Source: Octopus vulgaris (Eukaryota). Taken from it: a stretch of DNA of 64,000 nt. Position 1 is the stretch's first letter. Each line of letters opens with the position of its first letter. The stretch spans positions 174,406,001 through 174,470,000 of the forward strand of contig OX597815.1 of assembly GCA_951406725.2 (NCBI GenBank), written 5' to 3'. Made by a program: the position numbers and the translations under genes. Shown piece by piece: positions 1-13,167 of this stretch. The notes beneath the pieces are model-generated. The model saw only the letters and a list, made by a program, of their open reading frames with translations. It did not search any database and was not told the origin of the DNA.

Positions 1-374
1 ATGCAGTTTTACTTGCAGTATTCGCATGAAAACTAATTCTCTTCTGTAAATGTAAGTTTTCAAGCAAATGAAAATCAATAGCTATTCTCAAGTTTCTAAT
101 GACCATAAATACAGATAAACAAATGGGTGGGGTTTAGCCTCTTCTAACTAAAATTAAACCGCATCAGAAATGAAATCTGATGCACTGAATCTCTGTTGGA
201 TGGCATCTGTCAAGATAATTTCATACTCGAAACAAACCAAACCTCCTTTCAGTCTTAGAGTGGCCAGTTTTAGATAGTGTATTCAATCATAAACTGATTG
301 GTATTAGTTTCTTCAGTATTACATAAAAGCATAATTAGAACACTGATGCAAACATATACAAATGCATATGCTCT

Positions 375-407
<33 letters not shown>

Positions 408-1249
408 TCATATGTGTGCGCGCATGCCTGGACACAATAAAATGCACAAATTCATATGACAGCTTCTGAGACACAAACACGCACATATATTCATATTTCT
501 TTGCACATACATACAAAGATACCCTAGCCTGCATATGACTAGTTACATACTCCTATGCATATGCATGAACACACTGTTTTATGCATACACCTCTATTCAC
601 CCATGAACAACTGTTCTCTAAGACATGTACATATTTTCTTTTCCGGGCTAATGCACATTTAGTTTGTTTTTTTTTTCTGTGTACAGATATTTTTTATATG
701 TATGCACATAAGCAGTAATCTGTAGGCATGCTCTTGTATCAGCATACATAATCACGCACAACAGCTGTGCTAATGTCACGCACACCTACACAATTTAATA
801 ACAGTATCTTTTGCAGTTAATAATATGCATGTGAAAAGACCAAATAGAAATATTGTGTAGCAATTTTACCAAAATAAATATTATTTTCATGATGACACTG
901 TGTATCTATGAATTTGTTTATTACTCGGAGCTTAACTTTCCTCCTACATTTATATGTTGTTTAATCTGGGTTAGTCCTGATCCAACAGATCTATGATAAA
1001 AACTGTTTCGGTGTGATGTTCCTGATGTAATGTATCTAGAACAACAATATCCATTAAATCCTTTTAGCATGTGATTTGAGGTAGATTTTAAAGTTATTTG
1101 TGGTGGAAAAATTGAGACTGTTTTGTAGGCTCTGCAACTGCTTAGAGGTTCCCACTTTGGCTTGTGCATATATATATACCAGAGTAAGCACATAAATGTA
1201 AAACAAGGTGGAAAAAAGAGTACTCAAATACCAGAGGTAGAGTAATATG

Positions 1250-1315
1250 CTTTATTTAAAAGCAGCAGAAATATAACAAAAGCTGTTGTTATATTTCTGC
1301 TGCTTTTAAATAAAG
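1250..1315. repeat. Perfect 30-bp hairpin with 6-nt loop
   Basis: CTTTATTTAAAAGCAGCAGAAATATAACAA-aagctg-TTGTTATATTTCTGCTGCTTTTAAATAAAG. Confidence 0.95.
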
Positions 1316-1553
1316 TGTGTAATATATATATATGTGTGTGTGTGTGTATGGAGACACATGGCCTAGTGGTTAGAGCAGTGGTCAAGGGATCGCAAGTTCG
1401 AATCTCAGACCGGGCAATGTGTGTGTTTATGAGCGAACTTTCTCTAACTCTTTCCTCCTGCATCTTGCAGCTCACCTGCGATGGACTGGCGTCCCGTCCA
1501 GGTGAGGAGCCTATATGCCAAGGAAACTGGGAAACCGGCCCTTATGAGCTACA

Positions 1554-2721
1554 CAGACATGAAGGAAGTAAATAGACACCTTTAATTTTCAAAATTTCTG
1601 ATCTAAGTGTCTTAATATGTTTTCAGCGGTGTAGAATTTACAATGTAATTATTCTTTTTCATTTCATTTCATTTTATTAAACTTTTGCCATGCACAAAAA
1701 ATTCAGCAGAGCTGTCAGATTTTCAAAGAGTTTGTACTGTTGGGCAATCTGAGGCTGGTCTTAGCCAGTGAAAAATTACCGAAAATCTTCAAATTCCTCT
1801 TACTACTGTTAATAGAATTATAGTGCAATTTAAAAGCCAAGGAAAAGAATCAACAGATTCTTGTCCCAGCCGACCTGGGCCCCCAGAAATAAAGCTTCAC
1901 TTTTGAAGAGAATTGTGGAAAACACCCTGTTCAAAGGCTTTTGACATTGCAAAACAGCTAGAAGTTAATCCAAGAATGTGTGGTACATATCTACATAAGC
2001 TTAGGTATTATGGACGAGCAGCTAGAAGAAAATCTCTCCTTCAACCAATTAATATCATAAAAAGAAAGAAATGGGCTAAGGAGATGTCAGAAAAATCCAG
2101 TTCATTTTCGGATAGTGATTTTCTCAGATGAATCCAGATTTACATTATTTTCAGATAGTGGACATGTTTGGGTCTGGAGGCTTCCCAATCAAGAATTTGA
2201 TTTGAAACGTTCTGAGCTGATCGAATGTGTTGGAACCATAAACTCTGAAAAATACATTGAAATACTTAAGCAAGGACTACTTCCAATGTATTTACACAAT
2301 AACATAACGAAAAATTAGTTTTTATTCATGGAAGATGGGGCTCCATGCCACACAGCAAAAAGGAATCAGCAATAGCTGACTGAAAATGGGATCAAAAAGC
2401 TTCCTTGGCTGAGCAAATCTGGCATGAACCCAATTGAAAATCTTTGGAGCATACTAGATAGAGCTATACGAAAAACTCGACAGAAACCTAAATCTAAAGA
2501 TGAATTGTTTCGATTGTTACATGAAAAGTGGGCAGAAATTCCACAAGAGACAATCACAAAGCTCATCAGCTCAATGCCAAAAAGAGTTTCTGAATTAAAA
2601 ACTGCAAAGGGAATGTCAACTAAATACTAAAGTATGTAGTCCTACATTTCAATTGTTTGCTTTGCATATTAAATGAAAGATTTTGAAAATTAAAGGTGTC
2701 TATTTACTTCCTGCATGTCTG
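1554..2721 (+). mobile_element. Tc1-family DNA transposon, decayed
   Basis: About 42-bp TIRs (CAGACATG(A/C)AGGAAGTAAATAGACACCTTTAATTTTCAAAAT) and TA on the right flank; fragmented transposase (IFSDESRF, EDGAPCH, MNPIENLW, KGMSTKY). Confidence 0.9.
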
Positions 2722-2735
2722 TATGTGTCTATATG

Positions 2736-2766
<31 letters not shown>

Positions 2767-5457
2767 TCATTTTTATACCTGCTTTTGCCTGGTAGCATGA
2801 GTTAGATAAATACATTTTACAGAGCCATTGTTTTTAAAACCTGCTTCTCTTCCTATGGCTAACCTATGCCTGTTTTTCAATGTAGTTTTGATTTCATTCA
2901 TCTTTGAAAGGGCAGAAATGCCAGGCAATTTGTTGGTGGGGAAAATGTCAACAACATTGTCTTGTGTGGTTAAGAAGTTCGTTTCTCAACCAGGTAGTTT
3001 CTGTAATTTCTGGTTCAGTTCCACTGCTCAGCACCTTGGGCAAATGTCTTCTACTATAGCTCTAGGTAGACCATAGACTTGTGAGTGGATTTGGTTGACA
3101 GAAACTAAAAGACCATTGTGTGTGTGAGTGTGCAAGACTGTGTTTATTTACATCTCACTTGTTCCTCTGAAAGTTGCAACATATGGACAATGCTGTTGCT
3201 GTTAGCACTCCTGTCAACAAATCAACCTCTCACTTTGTACTTTCAAAGCCATGCGGAATAAGAGATCCTTTACTTGAAAAACAGGTAAGGAATATCCTCA
3301 GGAAGGTCATTCAGTTGCAAAACCAGTGCCTTGGTTACATATCACTAACTCATGCAAGTATGGAAAAACAAACATAATCATCATCATCATCGTTTAACGT
3401 CCGCCTTCCATGCTAACGAAACAAATATATATATTTACATGCAGTAGAATATGGCTGGCAGAATCAGTTTGAGTCATAGACAAAATATTTTGCAGTATTT
3501 AGTTACATGCCATTCTGAGTTTAAATCTCTCTCCAAGGCCAGTTTTTTTTTTCAACTTGAAAGTGTTGATAAAATAATATCAGTCAATTCTAACTACACT
3601 AAACTCTTCTCTAAAACTTGAGAACTTGTGTCTGTTAGAAATCATAAATTTACATTATCCCATAAATATTATTGGAATTTGTGAAACTGTATACTAGTGG
3701 TTCCATTATTGTCATTGGACAAGTCTTAGTCATAACACTGCAAGCTGACTCAACAGTATACCAGCATGTTGGCTAAACAGTTAGCAGCTCCTGGCCTGAC
3801 ACTGTAACTGCTTCCCTAATAGTGACTCCTGTCTATTATCCATCCAGTCTATTTAGTTGTAGGAGATCCATATGACTCATTACTGTAGACCTGTGTTTCT
3901 CAACCATTTTTCTACCTATGGACCCCTTTGATTCCAATTTTACTTGAATGGACCCTTCCAGCCATTTGATGTTTAAAAAATCCTATTGTATTTTTATAAT
4001 TAAATATTATTAGGAATTGTATCAAAAAAATTGCTAAAATATTTTGTGTATTGTAGAAATATAGCCAATCTATTGCCAATAATGACTGAAGTTCTTATCC
4101 AGAGTAGAATAATGTTTAGTTGTATCTATCGAGCTATATCTGTCTAGTTGTATTTTGTCTAGCTATTCCTGTCTATCTAGATGGGATAGGCTTCAACACA
4201 TTTTGCAGGTGTAGGCAACTATTATGCACAAAATTTTGTTGTAAAAAACTCTACTAAAAATTGAATTTCGGTCAAGTGTTTCCTGATATTCCATACTCAG
4301 CCTTCTGGAACTCAAATTTAATTAATTACACCTTTATTAATTCACAAAAAATAAATGTATCCACTTTAGAACACCATAACAAGGTAGTACTCAGTTTCTT
4401 TAATTTTATTGATGGCATATAAAACATGTAAGATTGTTATTCAGTGTTTTGCCAGTATAGTGATGTCCCAGTGGATAAATACAAACTACTCCATCATTGT
4501 GATTCAAGAAATGGCTAACTAATACATATTATAGTGGACATAAGATACAAATAGTAACGCTATAAATAAAATATTTTTAGTTTCCAATTTTGATTTGTTG
4601 TCACTTTTACCTTTGTTGTGGTTTAGTCTCAGGTCAAGGTGAACCAAATAAGCATATTACCAAAACAGTCTAGCATTGATCAACCTACCTTCCTACCTTT
4701 ATTTCTTTTGCTAGCATGGAGTATTTAAGCCTATATGATTCTTTTTTTTTATCTAATAGGGTGTAATTTCAAGATTTAGCTACACTTTTATTATTGACTA
4801 TGTTGGGGCTCCATATATTCTAAGTTGTCTAGTGTATATTGTTAACTGTTAGAGAATTGAATTTGTTTATATCAACAAAATCATTGAACAGAAAACCTAA
4901 CAAAAGAGTAATTGAAGAAACTAATACAGTATTTTGTGAACAAATGGTGCCATTGATTATATGTTTACATTAAAACTAATCACTAGTTTTACATCTAGAG
5001 TGACAAGGAGGTGTTTATGAAACCTAGCCATGATAAATATCACAAAGTAATTTTTGGACACCAACACTAAGTTTATTGACAATTTTCTTAATATATGTAT
5101 AACATTTTAATCAGAAGGAAAACTAGTGCTCATGATGCTTCACAGTGCCTCCGAGAGTGGTGGAAGGAAGATATCTTCAAACTGGAAACCTGGGCTGAAT
5201 ATTTGCAATAGAGTGAAGTCTATAAAAGATACCAAAGTGCAAGTGGTGTGAAACTGTATGATGGAAAAAAAAAAACTACCCACACATTTGTGTATATATA
5301 TGTGTGTGTGTTGTTTGCAATATAAATATATATATATATATAATACAATACATTATAAGTGAAAGGCTCCAATACTCAAGAGTTAATTGTTTCTGATCAT
5401 CAGTTACACTTGTAGAGTCCTGTAATTTATCACTTCTAATGAATCAAGAGAGATTTA

Positions 5458-5512
<55 letters not shown>

Positions 5513-7182
5513 GAAATTTACTGAGAAACAAAAGAGGAAAACAGTAGGTGTATGAACAACAAGCAGGTGTATTAGTTTGATGCTCAGGAAAGTGGGAAAG
5601 TCTTTTACATTTCGAGCCTATGCTCTGCAACTGAAAAGAATAAAAGGAAAAAGAGAGATTAAAAAAAGTTGTGGATTTAGCAATCAAGCATATGTATATA
5701 GAATGTGCACTGTTTTTACATAGTCTCTGTCTATCAAATTTCACAGACATCACATAGGTTGAGCCAAGAGTATTGTAGAAGACATTTGCTTAAGCTACCA
5801 CTTAATAGGATTGAATCAGAAATGACTTGGTTGCAAAGCAGCCTTCTTAACCACGTAGGCATGCCTATGCCTAGTTACTACTCTATTTGATAAACATTTA
5901 GTGTTTATTTTATATTTTGTGTCAGTGATAGAAAATTTGAATCATTATTTTTAATGCAAGGATTTGTTTGTAAGGCTTTTCTTTAATGTTTTTGTTCGTT
6001 ATCTCAAACAGGTTTTTCATATCCAAAACTTGGAAAAATATTCAGATCTTTTACACTTGCATAATTTTCTTTTTCTTTATGCTTGTATAGTTAGGACATA
6101 TGGTTTTGATTTTGACACACATGAAAAATGTACTTTACAAAATGCTAAATCGTTTTGAATAACAAACACATTGTGTATGTATTACTTGTTACATACATCC
6201 ATACAAGTGCACATGTGTGTCTGTGTGTTTAAATCCATACTATGGTTTTACAAATATATCTATTGGTACTAGAGAAAGTGAATCAGTTAAAAATGTGATT
6301 GATAATTTAAAACAATGCTTTGACTAGTAAAAATTTCTACCCATTATCTGCCTCTTTTTTAACAGAGCTAGTGTGTTGATAAAGGTTTTTTTTAATAGGT
6401 TCAGGATTAGGGTGATGTATATGTTGTCATCAGTTTGTGATACTGGAGCAGCTGATGTTTCTTTTACTCAGTACAGGTTGTCTAATATAATCCTAATATT
6501 GTTCCTAGGTTACATTGTCCATGTTAAGGCATATGGCTTAGTGCTTAAGGTATTCAGCTCACAATCATAAGGTTATATGTTTGATTCCTGGCAGCAATTC
6601 CACATTGTTCCAGTCCACCCAGCTAGCAAAAATGCGTTATATCTATATTCAAAGAGCCAGCCTTGTCACATTGTGTCACACTGAATCGCCCTGAGAACTA
6701 TGTTAAGGGTACACATGTCTGTGGAGTGCTCAGTCACTTGTACATTAATTTCACAAGCAGGCTGTTCCATTGATCATATCAACTGGAACCCTCGTCTTCA
6801 TAATCAATGGAGTGCCAGTTTTCATTGCCCATACTTTGGTGTTATGTACTGATACATAACTTTTCATCAAAGGAGTTGCACCATAAGAAATCTTGAGATT
6901 TTTGTTAAAGGACCGATGTAATTATAATATTGCAATAAGTATTCATTTATTAGAAGGGGAATTGCTTTATCACAAAGGTTAGGTGAGTTAAACCAGAGTA
7001 TGTTCCTCTCTTCCTGTATGTTATTTCTTCATACAGATTGTGTTTGGTTGTAGTAACCTGCTGTCCTGTCAAATGCCTTTTATCTCATTCCCTGATTCTA
7101 TGACACATCTACTGATGATTACTTATACTCATATAGTTACCTGTATGAAATCATGATAGCACTAAACTTTGGCATTAAAAGT

Positions 7183-7510
7183 TACACAAACAGCAGGTCA
7201 AGGCACCACTGCATAGTTCCAAAGATCCCAACATCATCAACATACAGAGCCAGATACTGAAATGGCTTGGGCTTCAAGAGCCCACAGCTCTTCAGTATCC
7301 TTTCAAAACACCTGAGAGAGCTGCATGGTGTGGATGTAGGTTTCTTCAAAACAAAACTGGATCTCCTTCTGTCAAGGATTCCAGATGAGCTGTCCTCATA
7401 GCAAGAAATACAGATGAAGGCAGCAGCATCAAATTCTCTCATTCACCAAATGCCACATATCAGAGGAAGTTTCAAATAGTGAAGACTTTGCAAAGCCAAT
7501 GGTAGTGCCA
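7183..7510 (+). mobile_element. 3' fragment of the same CR1-type LINE family as 8682-9934
   Basis: Collinear similarity to 9537-9870, with stop codons. Confidence 0.8.
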
Positions 7511-8681
7511 CAGAACTTGTTAAAGAGTTACATAGTTATCTACACGCTTTTAATGATACGTATGGTACATTCCTGAAGTTTACTCTGAAAACTATTTTGA
7601 TCTACTAAACCAAACGATTTTGTTATTTTTAATAGAAACATATATAGTCCAATCAATCAAATATAACAGTTAAATATTTCCTTAAGTTCACATGTGTGCA
7701 TATATATGTGTGTATTTATATATGCATGCATGTATATGTGTATGTAATATATGTCTGTATATAGATAATGATGCAAATAAACATATAAACAAGCATGGGC
7801 TTGATATATAAAATATACATATAGAGATTCAAATACAGACTAAAATATTAAGATAACGAACAGTCATCTAAAAGTCTATTGATATTTATATATTAATGGA
7901 GCAGATTTACACACAGTACAAGGACACAAAAAACTAAGGGGAGAAAGTATGGTATTACAGGTCCAACAGCTGTTTCTGGGGGTTCGGAATTATATAATAA
8001 TGGTAATAAATGGAGTTCACTCAGTCAACAATATTCAATGTGTAGTGAATGCATATAGACATAGTAAATCCAGCCTCTGTATTCATGGTGGAGAGATTGG
8101 TATACCACACACTCATGACTCTTTCCTTTCTTTTTTAAGTGTTAAACTAGTACATTTGTTAAAACTTATCCCACCTGTTTTCTTTTTGTACTCATTGATT
8201 AATATATATATTTTTTACACTTAAATGAACTCCTTCTCTTTTTGTTCACCACCTCACTTTTTACCTATTTTCCTTCTCTCCTCCTCATCTCTCATTTCCT
8301 CCTTTCCTAACACACCTAATCATTTTTTACCCTCTCACCACCTTTACTCATTCTCTTATTTTGTATGTGTATGTATATGTGTGTATTTATATATATGTGT
8401 GTGTATGTGTGAATGTATATATATATATGTGTGTGTACATACATAGATACATGCACACACGCACACACACACACACATATATATATGGAGTCCTTGTTGA
8501 CATTATTCCAGCATTGACGTAATATTGACAAATAATCAAAGTTGCATCATTCCTCTATACTTTCTTTCACCTTTGAAAATAGTTATACTTGTTCATTGAT
8601 TCAGTAATGCATCAAGTTATTTTCAGTATAACTTATGAGCTGGTCTGCTTGTACTTCTGCATTCTTTTAATGGAATAATAT

Positions 8682-9934
8682 AAAGTCGATCATGGAATGA
8701 TATGTCACAAGCTGCGTGATCTTGGCATAGTTGGAAAACTAGGAGAATGGCTCCATGACTTTCTGAAGAATAGAAGTCAGGTGGTAGCAGCCAATGGGGC
8801 CACTTCCATTAGCACGCAAATAGTGAGCGGTGTTCCGCAGGGCACTGTTTTGGGACCACTACTGTTCATAATGGCCCTCTCAGACATGCCCTCAGCCACG
8901 CAGAGAGCCACGATCACAAGTTATGCAGATGATACAAAAGTTTCACAGGCAATACAGAACCCTGAGGACACTAAGCACCTGCAATGTGAGCTGGACGAAA
9001 TATACAAGTGGGCTGAAAAGAATAGCATGCAGTTCAATGCTGAAAAGTTTCAAGCTTTATACTATCAGCATGCAAAACTGAATGCAATACCCAATGAATA
9101 CACTGGACCCGGAGGGATTGCAATCCCAGAGGCACAATCTGTGCGTGACCTGGGTATTCACATGAGTGATGACGCGACCTTTCATGTACATGTTGCTAAA
9201 CTGACAATGAAATGTAGACGGCTGGCTGGCTGGATTCTTAGAACCTTTAGAACAAGAGAACAAGAAACCTTGATGGTCCTCTGGAAGACACTTGTCCTAA
9301 GCCACTTTGACTATTGCTCTCAGCTATGGTCACCATCCAGTGTCAAGTTGATCACAGAACTTGAGGCGATCCAACGAAGCTACACGAAGAAGATAGCCTC
9401 TGTGCAGCATATGAGCTACTGGGAGAGACTCAAGAGATTAAAGCTCTATTCCCTGGAGCGTAGACGAGAAAGATATGCCATAATATATATCTGGAAGATC
9501 CTGGAAGGTCTTGTCCCAGACTTTGGCATCGAGAGTCACACAAATGCCAGAACCGGACACCACTGCGTAGTACCAAGGACTCCAAATTTGCCATCAAGAT
9601 GTAGGACAAGATATTGTGATAGCCTGGGCTTCAGAGGCCCACGGCTCTTCAATATCCTCCCGAAGAACCTGAGGGACCTGCATGGTGTAGATGCGGATGT
9701 CTTTAAAGTAGGACTGGATCTCTTCCTGTCAGGTGTCCCAGATGAACCAACTTCACGGCAGGAGGTGCAGATGAGGGCAGCTGCATCGAACTCTCTCATG
9801 CATCAGATGGCGTTTGCTAAAAAGCATCCGTGAGGTAAAACCGTGTAGCAAACCAAATGGCGGTGCCCCAGCATGGCCACAGCTCATTGGCTGAAACTGG
9901 AAAAATCAAAATCAAAATCAAAATCAAAATCAAA
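8682..9934 (+). mobile_element. 5'-truncated CR1-clade LINE with uninterrupted RT C-terminal ORF (8697-9833) and (AAAATC)n tail
   Basis: Motifs KVDHG, SGVPQGTVLGPLLF, YADDTK, MQFNAEK, VRDLG, LEAIQR, LYSLERRR; 3' microsatellite tail at 9901-9934. Confidence 0.92.
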
Positions 9935-10373
9935 GCAACATTTCGATTGTGATAATGTTCTTTGGTTTCATTACCCTTTTATATTTAAGTTTGTCTATGA
10001 AAGCAGTCATAATGGAATAAATAAATTCTCTATTATTTGCATGGGTAAGTTCAGTTAGCCAAAGATCTTAAATCATATTACCTAATTAGAAGCGACTAAA
10101 CATTAGCACTAAGATTGTTACTGATTAATATTAATCAGAATGAGATGATTGGGTATAGTTGTGTGGACACTAACAATTTGGCACAGCTGATTGGACATTT
10201 AGCCTCCATTGGTGCTGCAGAAATATACACATACAAATAGAAAAGGTAAGAGACAGACAGAGAGGAAGGAAACATACATGATTAACATAAACACTTTCCC
10301 TCCATCACACACACAGAGAGAAATATGCTCACACGTAAGCATAGAGCAATATATATATAGATAGATAGATATA

Positions 10374-10470
10374 TTGTCTGCGTAGCTTGCAAGGGTGGCT
10401 ATCCAGGCACTTGAGGGCATATCTGAGAGGGCCACTATAAAAAGCAGTGGTCCCAAGACAGTGCCCACTC
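10374..10470 (-). mobile_element. Short CR1-type RT fragment
   Basis: GTVLGPLLFIVALSDMPSSAWIATLASYAD, similar to the 8682 element. Confidence 0.75.
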
Positions 10471-10689
10471 CATAAAAAGTTAAAAATTAAAGCTTATGCT
10501 AACTATATCTATTCTGAATCCTGTATTTTCTGTTTATAAGACAACACGTGTTTCATGAAAGTACGTCAGTATTGATTAGATACGAGGTATCTTGTTTCAA
10601 TACATACTCGGGTCAACATACTCCCAATCTTCAGGTCTGGATTCCTCAACATTTTTCACTACCCGTCTCTCTTATATACTTCCATGATA

Positions 10690-11210
10690 CTCTATATCTT
10701 CAATATAATCTTACTTAACATGTGCAAATGGATAGAAATACAAATAAGCTCGCAAGGAATGAAGCCAGTATGCTCCGATGGATGTGTAATATCAGTGTGC
10801 ATACTCGACAGTGTAGGTACCTTGAGAAAAGTTGGACCTAAGAAGCATCAGATGTGGTGTGCAAGAGAGACGACTGCACTGGTATGGCCATGTGGCGGGA
10901 ATGGATGTGGACAGTTGTGTGAAAAAGTGCCACACCCTAGCAGTTGAGGGAACCTGTGGAAGAGGTAGACCAAGGAAGACTTGGGATGAGATGGTGAAGA
11001 TGACCTTCGAACTTTTGGCCTCACCGAGGCAATGACTAGCGACAAAGACCTTTGGAAATATGCTGTGCTTGAAAAGACTCGGCAAGCCCAAGTGAGACCA
11101 TAACCTCGTGGCCTATGCCAGGGATGTAACCAGCCCACTTATGCATACCTTTCCTTCATTGGACACTAAACTCTGCTTGCGAAGACCTGTTGAGGCAAGT
11201 GAAATCGAAA
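10690..11210 (+). mobile_element. RTE-clade LINE 3' fragment
   Basis: RRLHWYGHV...[14 protein letters not shown]; boundaries approximate. Confidence 0.75.
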
Positions 11211-11611
11211 TTGAAATCAAATTTGATAACTGGCATCTGTGTTAGTGGAGCGCTAAGAGTACCATACGGGCATGATAGTTGCCAGAGCAACAAACTGGCC
11301 TCCATGCCGGTGGCACGTAAAAAGCACCATTCAAGCATGATCATTACTTGCGTCGCCTTAGGGGCACTTGTGCTGGTGGCATGTGAAAAAATATTTAGGT
11401 TGTTGCCAGTGCTGCCTGACTGGTTCTTGTGCCTGTGGCACATAAAAGCACCCACTACACTCTCGGAGTGGTTGGTGTTAGGAAGGGCATCCAGCTGTAG
11501 AAACTCTGCCAGATCAAATTGGAGTCTTGTGCAGCCATCTGTTTCGCCAGACCTCAGTCAAATTGTCCAACTCATGCTAATATGGAAAGCAGATGTTAAA
11601 CGATTATGATA

Positions 11612-11881
11612 ATGTATATATGTGTGTGTGTGTATGTATATGTATATATATGTGTGTGTGTCTATGTATATGTATATATGTGTGTGTGTATATGTATGTA
11701 TGTATATATATATATGTATTGTATGTATATATATGTGTGTATATGTATTGTATGTATATATATGTATGTATGTGTATATATGTATGTATATGTGTGTGTA
11801 TATATATGTATATTTATATATATATGTGTATTTTAAGGGAGTTAAAAGCTGTGAATCCAACCAACTAAGGGGTAATAAGGG

Positions 11882-11935
<54 letters not shown>

Positions 11936-11936
11936 G

Positions 11937-11972
<36 letters not shown>

Positions 11973-12006
11973 TATGTATCTATATATATATATGTATGTA
12001 TATATA

Positions 12007-12040
<34 letters not shown>
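11612..12040. repeat. Compound (TA)/(TG)/(TATG) microsatellite
   Basis: Directly visible low-complexity tract with a ~55-bp interruption at 11832-11884. Confidence 0.95.
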
Positions 12041-12153
12041 AAGCAATAAAGATTCAAGTTAATTTAAATGAATTTACTTGAATATGGTACCTAACTTAGA
12101 TGCACCAAAAAACTATACGGTTTTAACAATACAGTAATGTGGGGTGATTATAA

Positions 12154-12226
12154 GCGAGAAAGAAGCAACAAGAATGGATAGGTTTTTAGTACAAAAACCT
12201 ATCCATCCTTGTTGCTTCTTTCTCGC
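12154..12226. repeat. 34-bp hairpin (1 mismatch) with 5-nt loop
   Basis: GCGAGAAAGAAGCAACAAGAATGGATAGGTTTTT-agtac-AAAAACCTATCCATCCTTGTTGCTTCTTTCTCGC. Confidence 0.95.
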
Positions 12227-12259
12227 GTATATATATATATATATATGTATGTATATATA

Positions 12260-12291
<32 letters not shown>

Positions 12292-12451
12292 CGTATATAT
12301 ATATGTATATATATATATGTATATATATATATATACATATATATGATGAATACCACCTCTTGATACCCTCTATTTTCTTATTGCTGTATAAATTAAGTGT
12401 AAAATAACTTTTTACCCTCACCCATTTATTACACTCAGTAATGTGTGTGTG

Positions 12452-12553
12452 TATATATATATTCATACACAAGAGAGAGGGAGTAGAACCTATATTCTAT
12501 ATATATATATATATATTCATACACAAGAGAGAGGGAGTAGAACCTATATTCTA
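12452..12553 (+). repeat. Tandem duplication of ~50 bp
   Basis: (TA)nTTCATACACAAGAGAGAGGGAGTAGAACCTATATTCTA occurs twice. Confidence 0.9.
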
Positions 12554-13167
12554 ATATTTAATAAAATAACCTAAAATAGCATAGTTGAACGATATGAGAC
12601 CATGTCAATGCTCTCATTATACTCTTGATTTGTCTAGACTATATATAGTACTGTAAATGAAATTCACATAATTTCAAAAGAAGTTGCATTGTTGTAATTC
12701 TTTTCTACTAAAGCTGAACTATCTCAAGGCAAAAAAAAAAAAAAAACTATCTTTATTTTTTTTCTTCTATGATTTAGACTTAAACTCAAATAATGATAAC
12801 ACAGCTATTTTTTGTGTAATCGGCTTAACTAAGATTATGAACCGATGTAAGAAAAAGTTAATAATGAGAACTAAATTATTAAATGCCTGTAGTAAAATTG
12901 CTGCTAGACATAATTTAATTAATTAAAGGCTGTTGAATGTTTCCTCTCATGTAAAAATACTACAAAGTTAAGAATGAAAAAAATAGAATTCTTGTTAGAT
13001 ATAATTAATCCTTTTCTTTCAATAGATTAGTTGAAGTACATTGTGTTTGTTTCAATTAATTTGGAAAATAATGAAAGATGTCGTAAAAATAACTTTTTTA
13101 ATTATTAAGCTGTGAAACATAAATTAACATGAAATTTTAAAGCAAGATTTCAGTCAGTTGATTTTAA

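Noticed and set aside
5160-5260. Similarity to 57960-58060 as a segmental duplication
   Set aside because: Short and diverged, consistent with a dispersed repeat fragment
11558-12472. Overlapping Y/I/V/C/M-rich ORFs on both strands (also 30741-31433, 41741-42207, 8225-8531)
   Set aside because: These are translations of TA/TG/CA microsatellites that lack stop codons, not proteins
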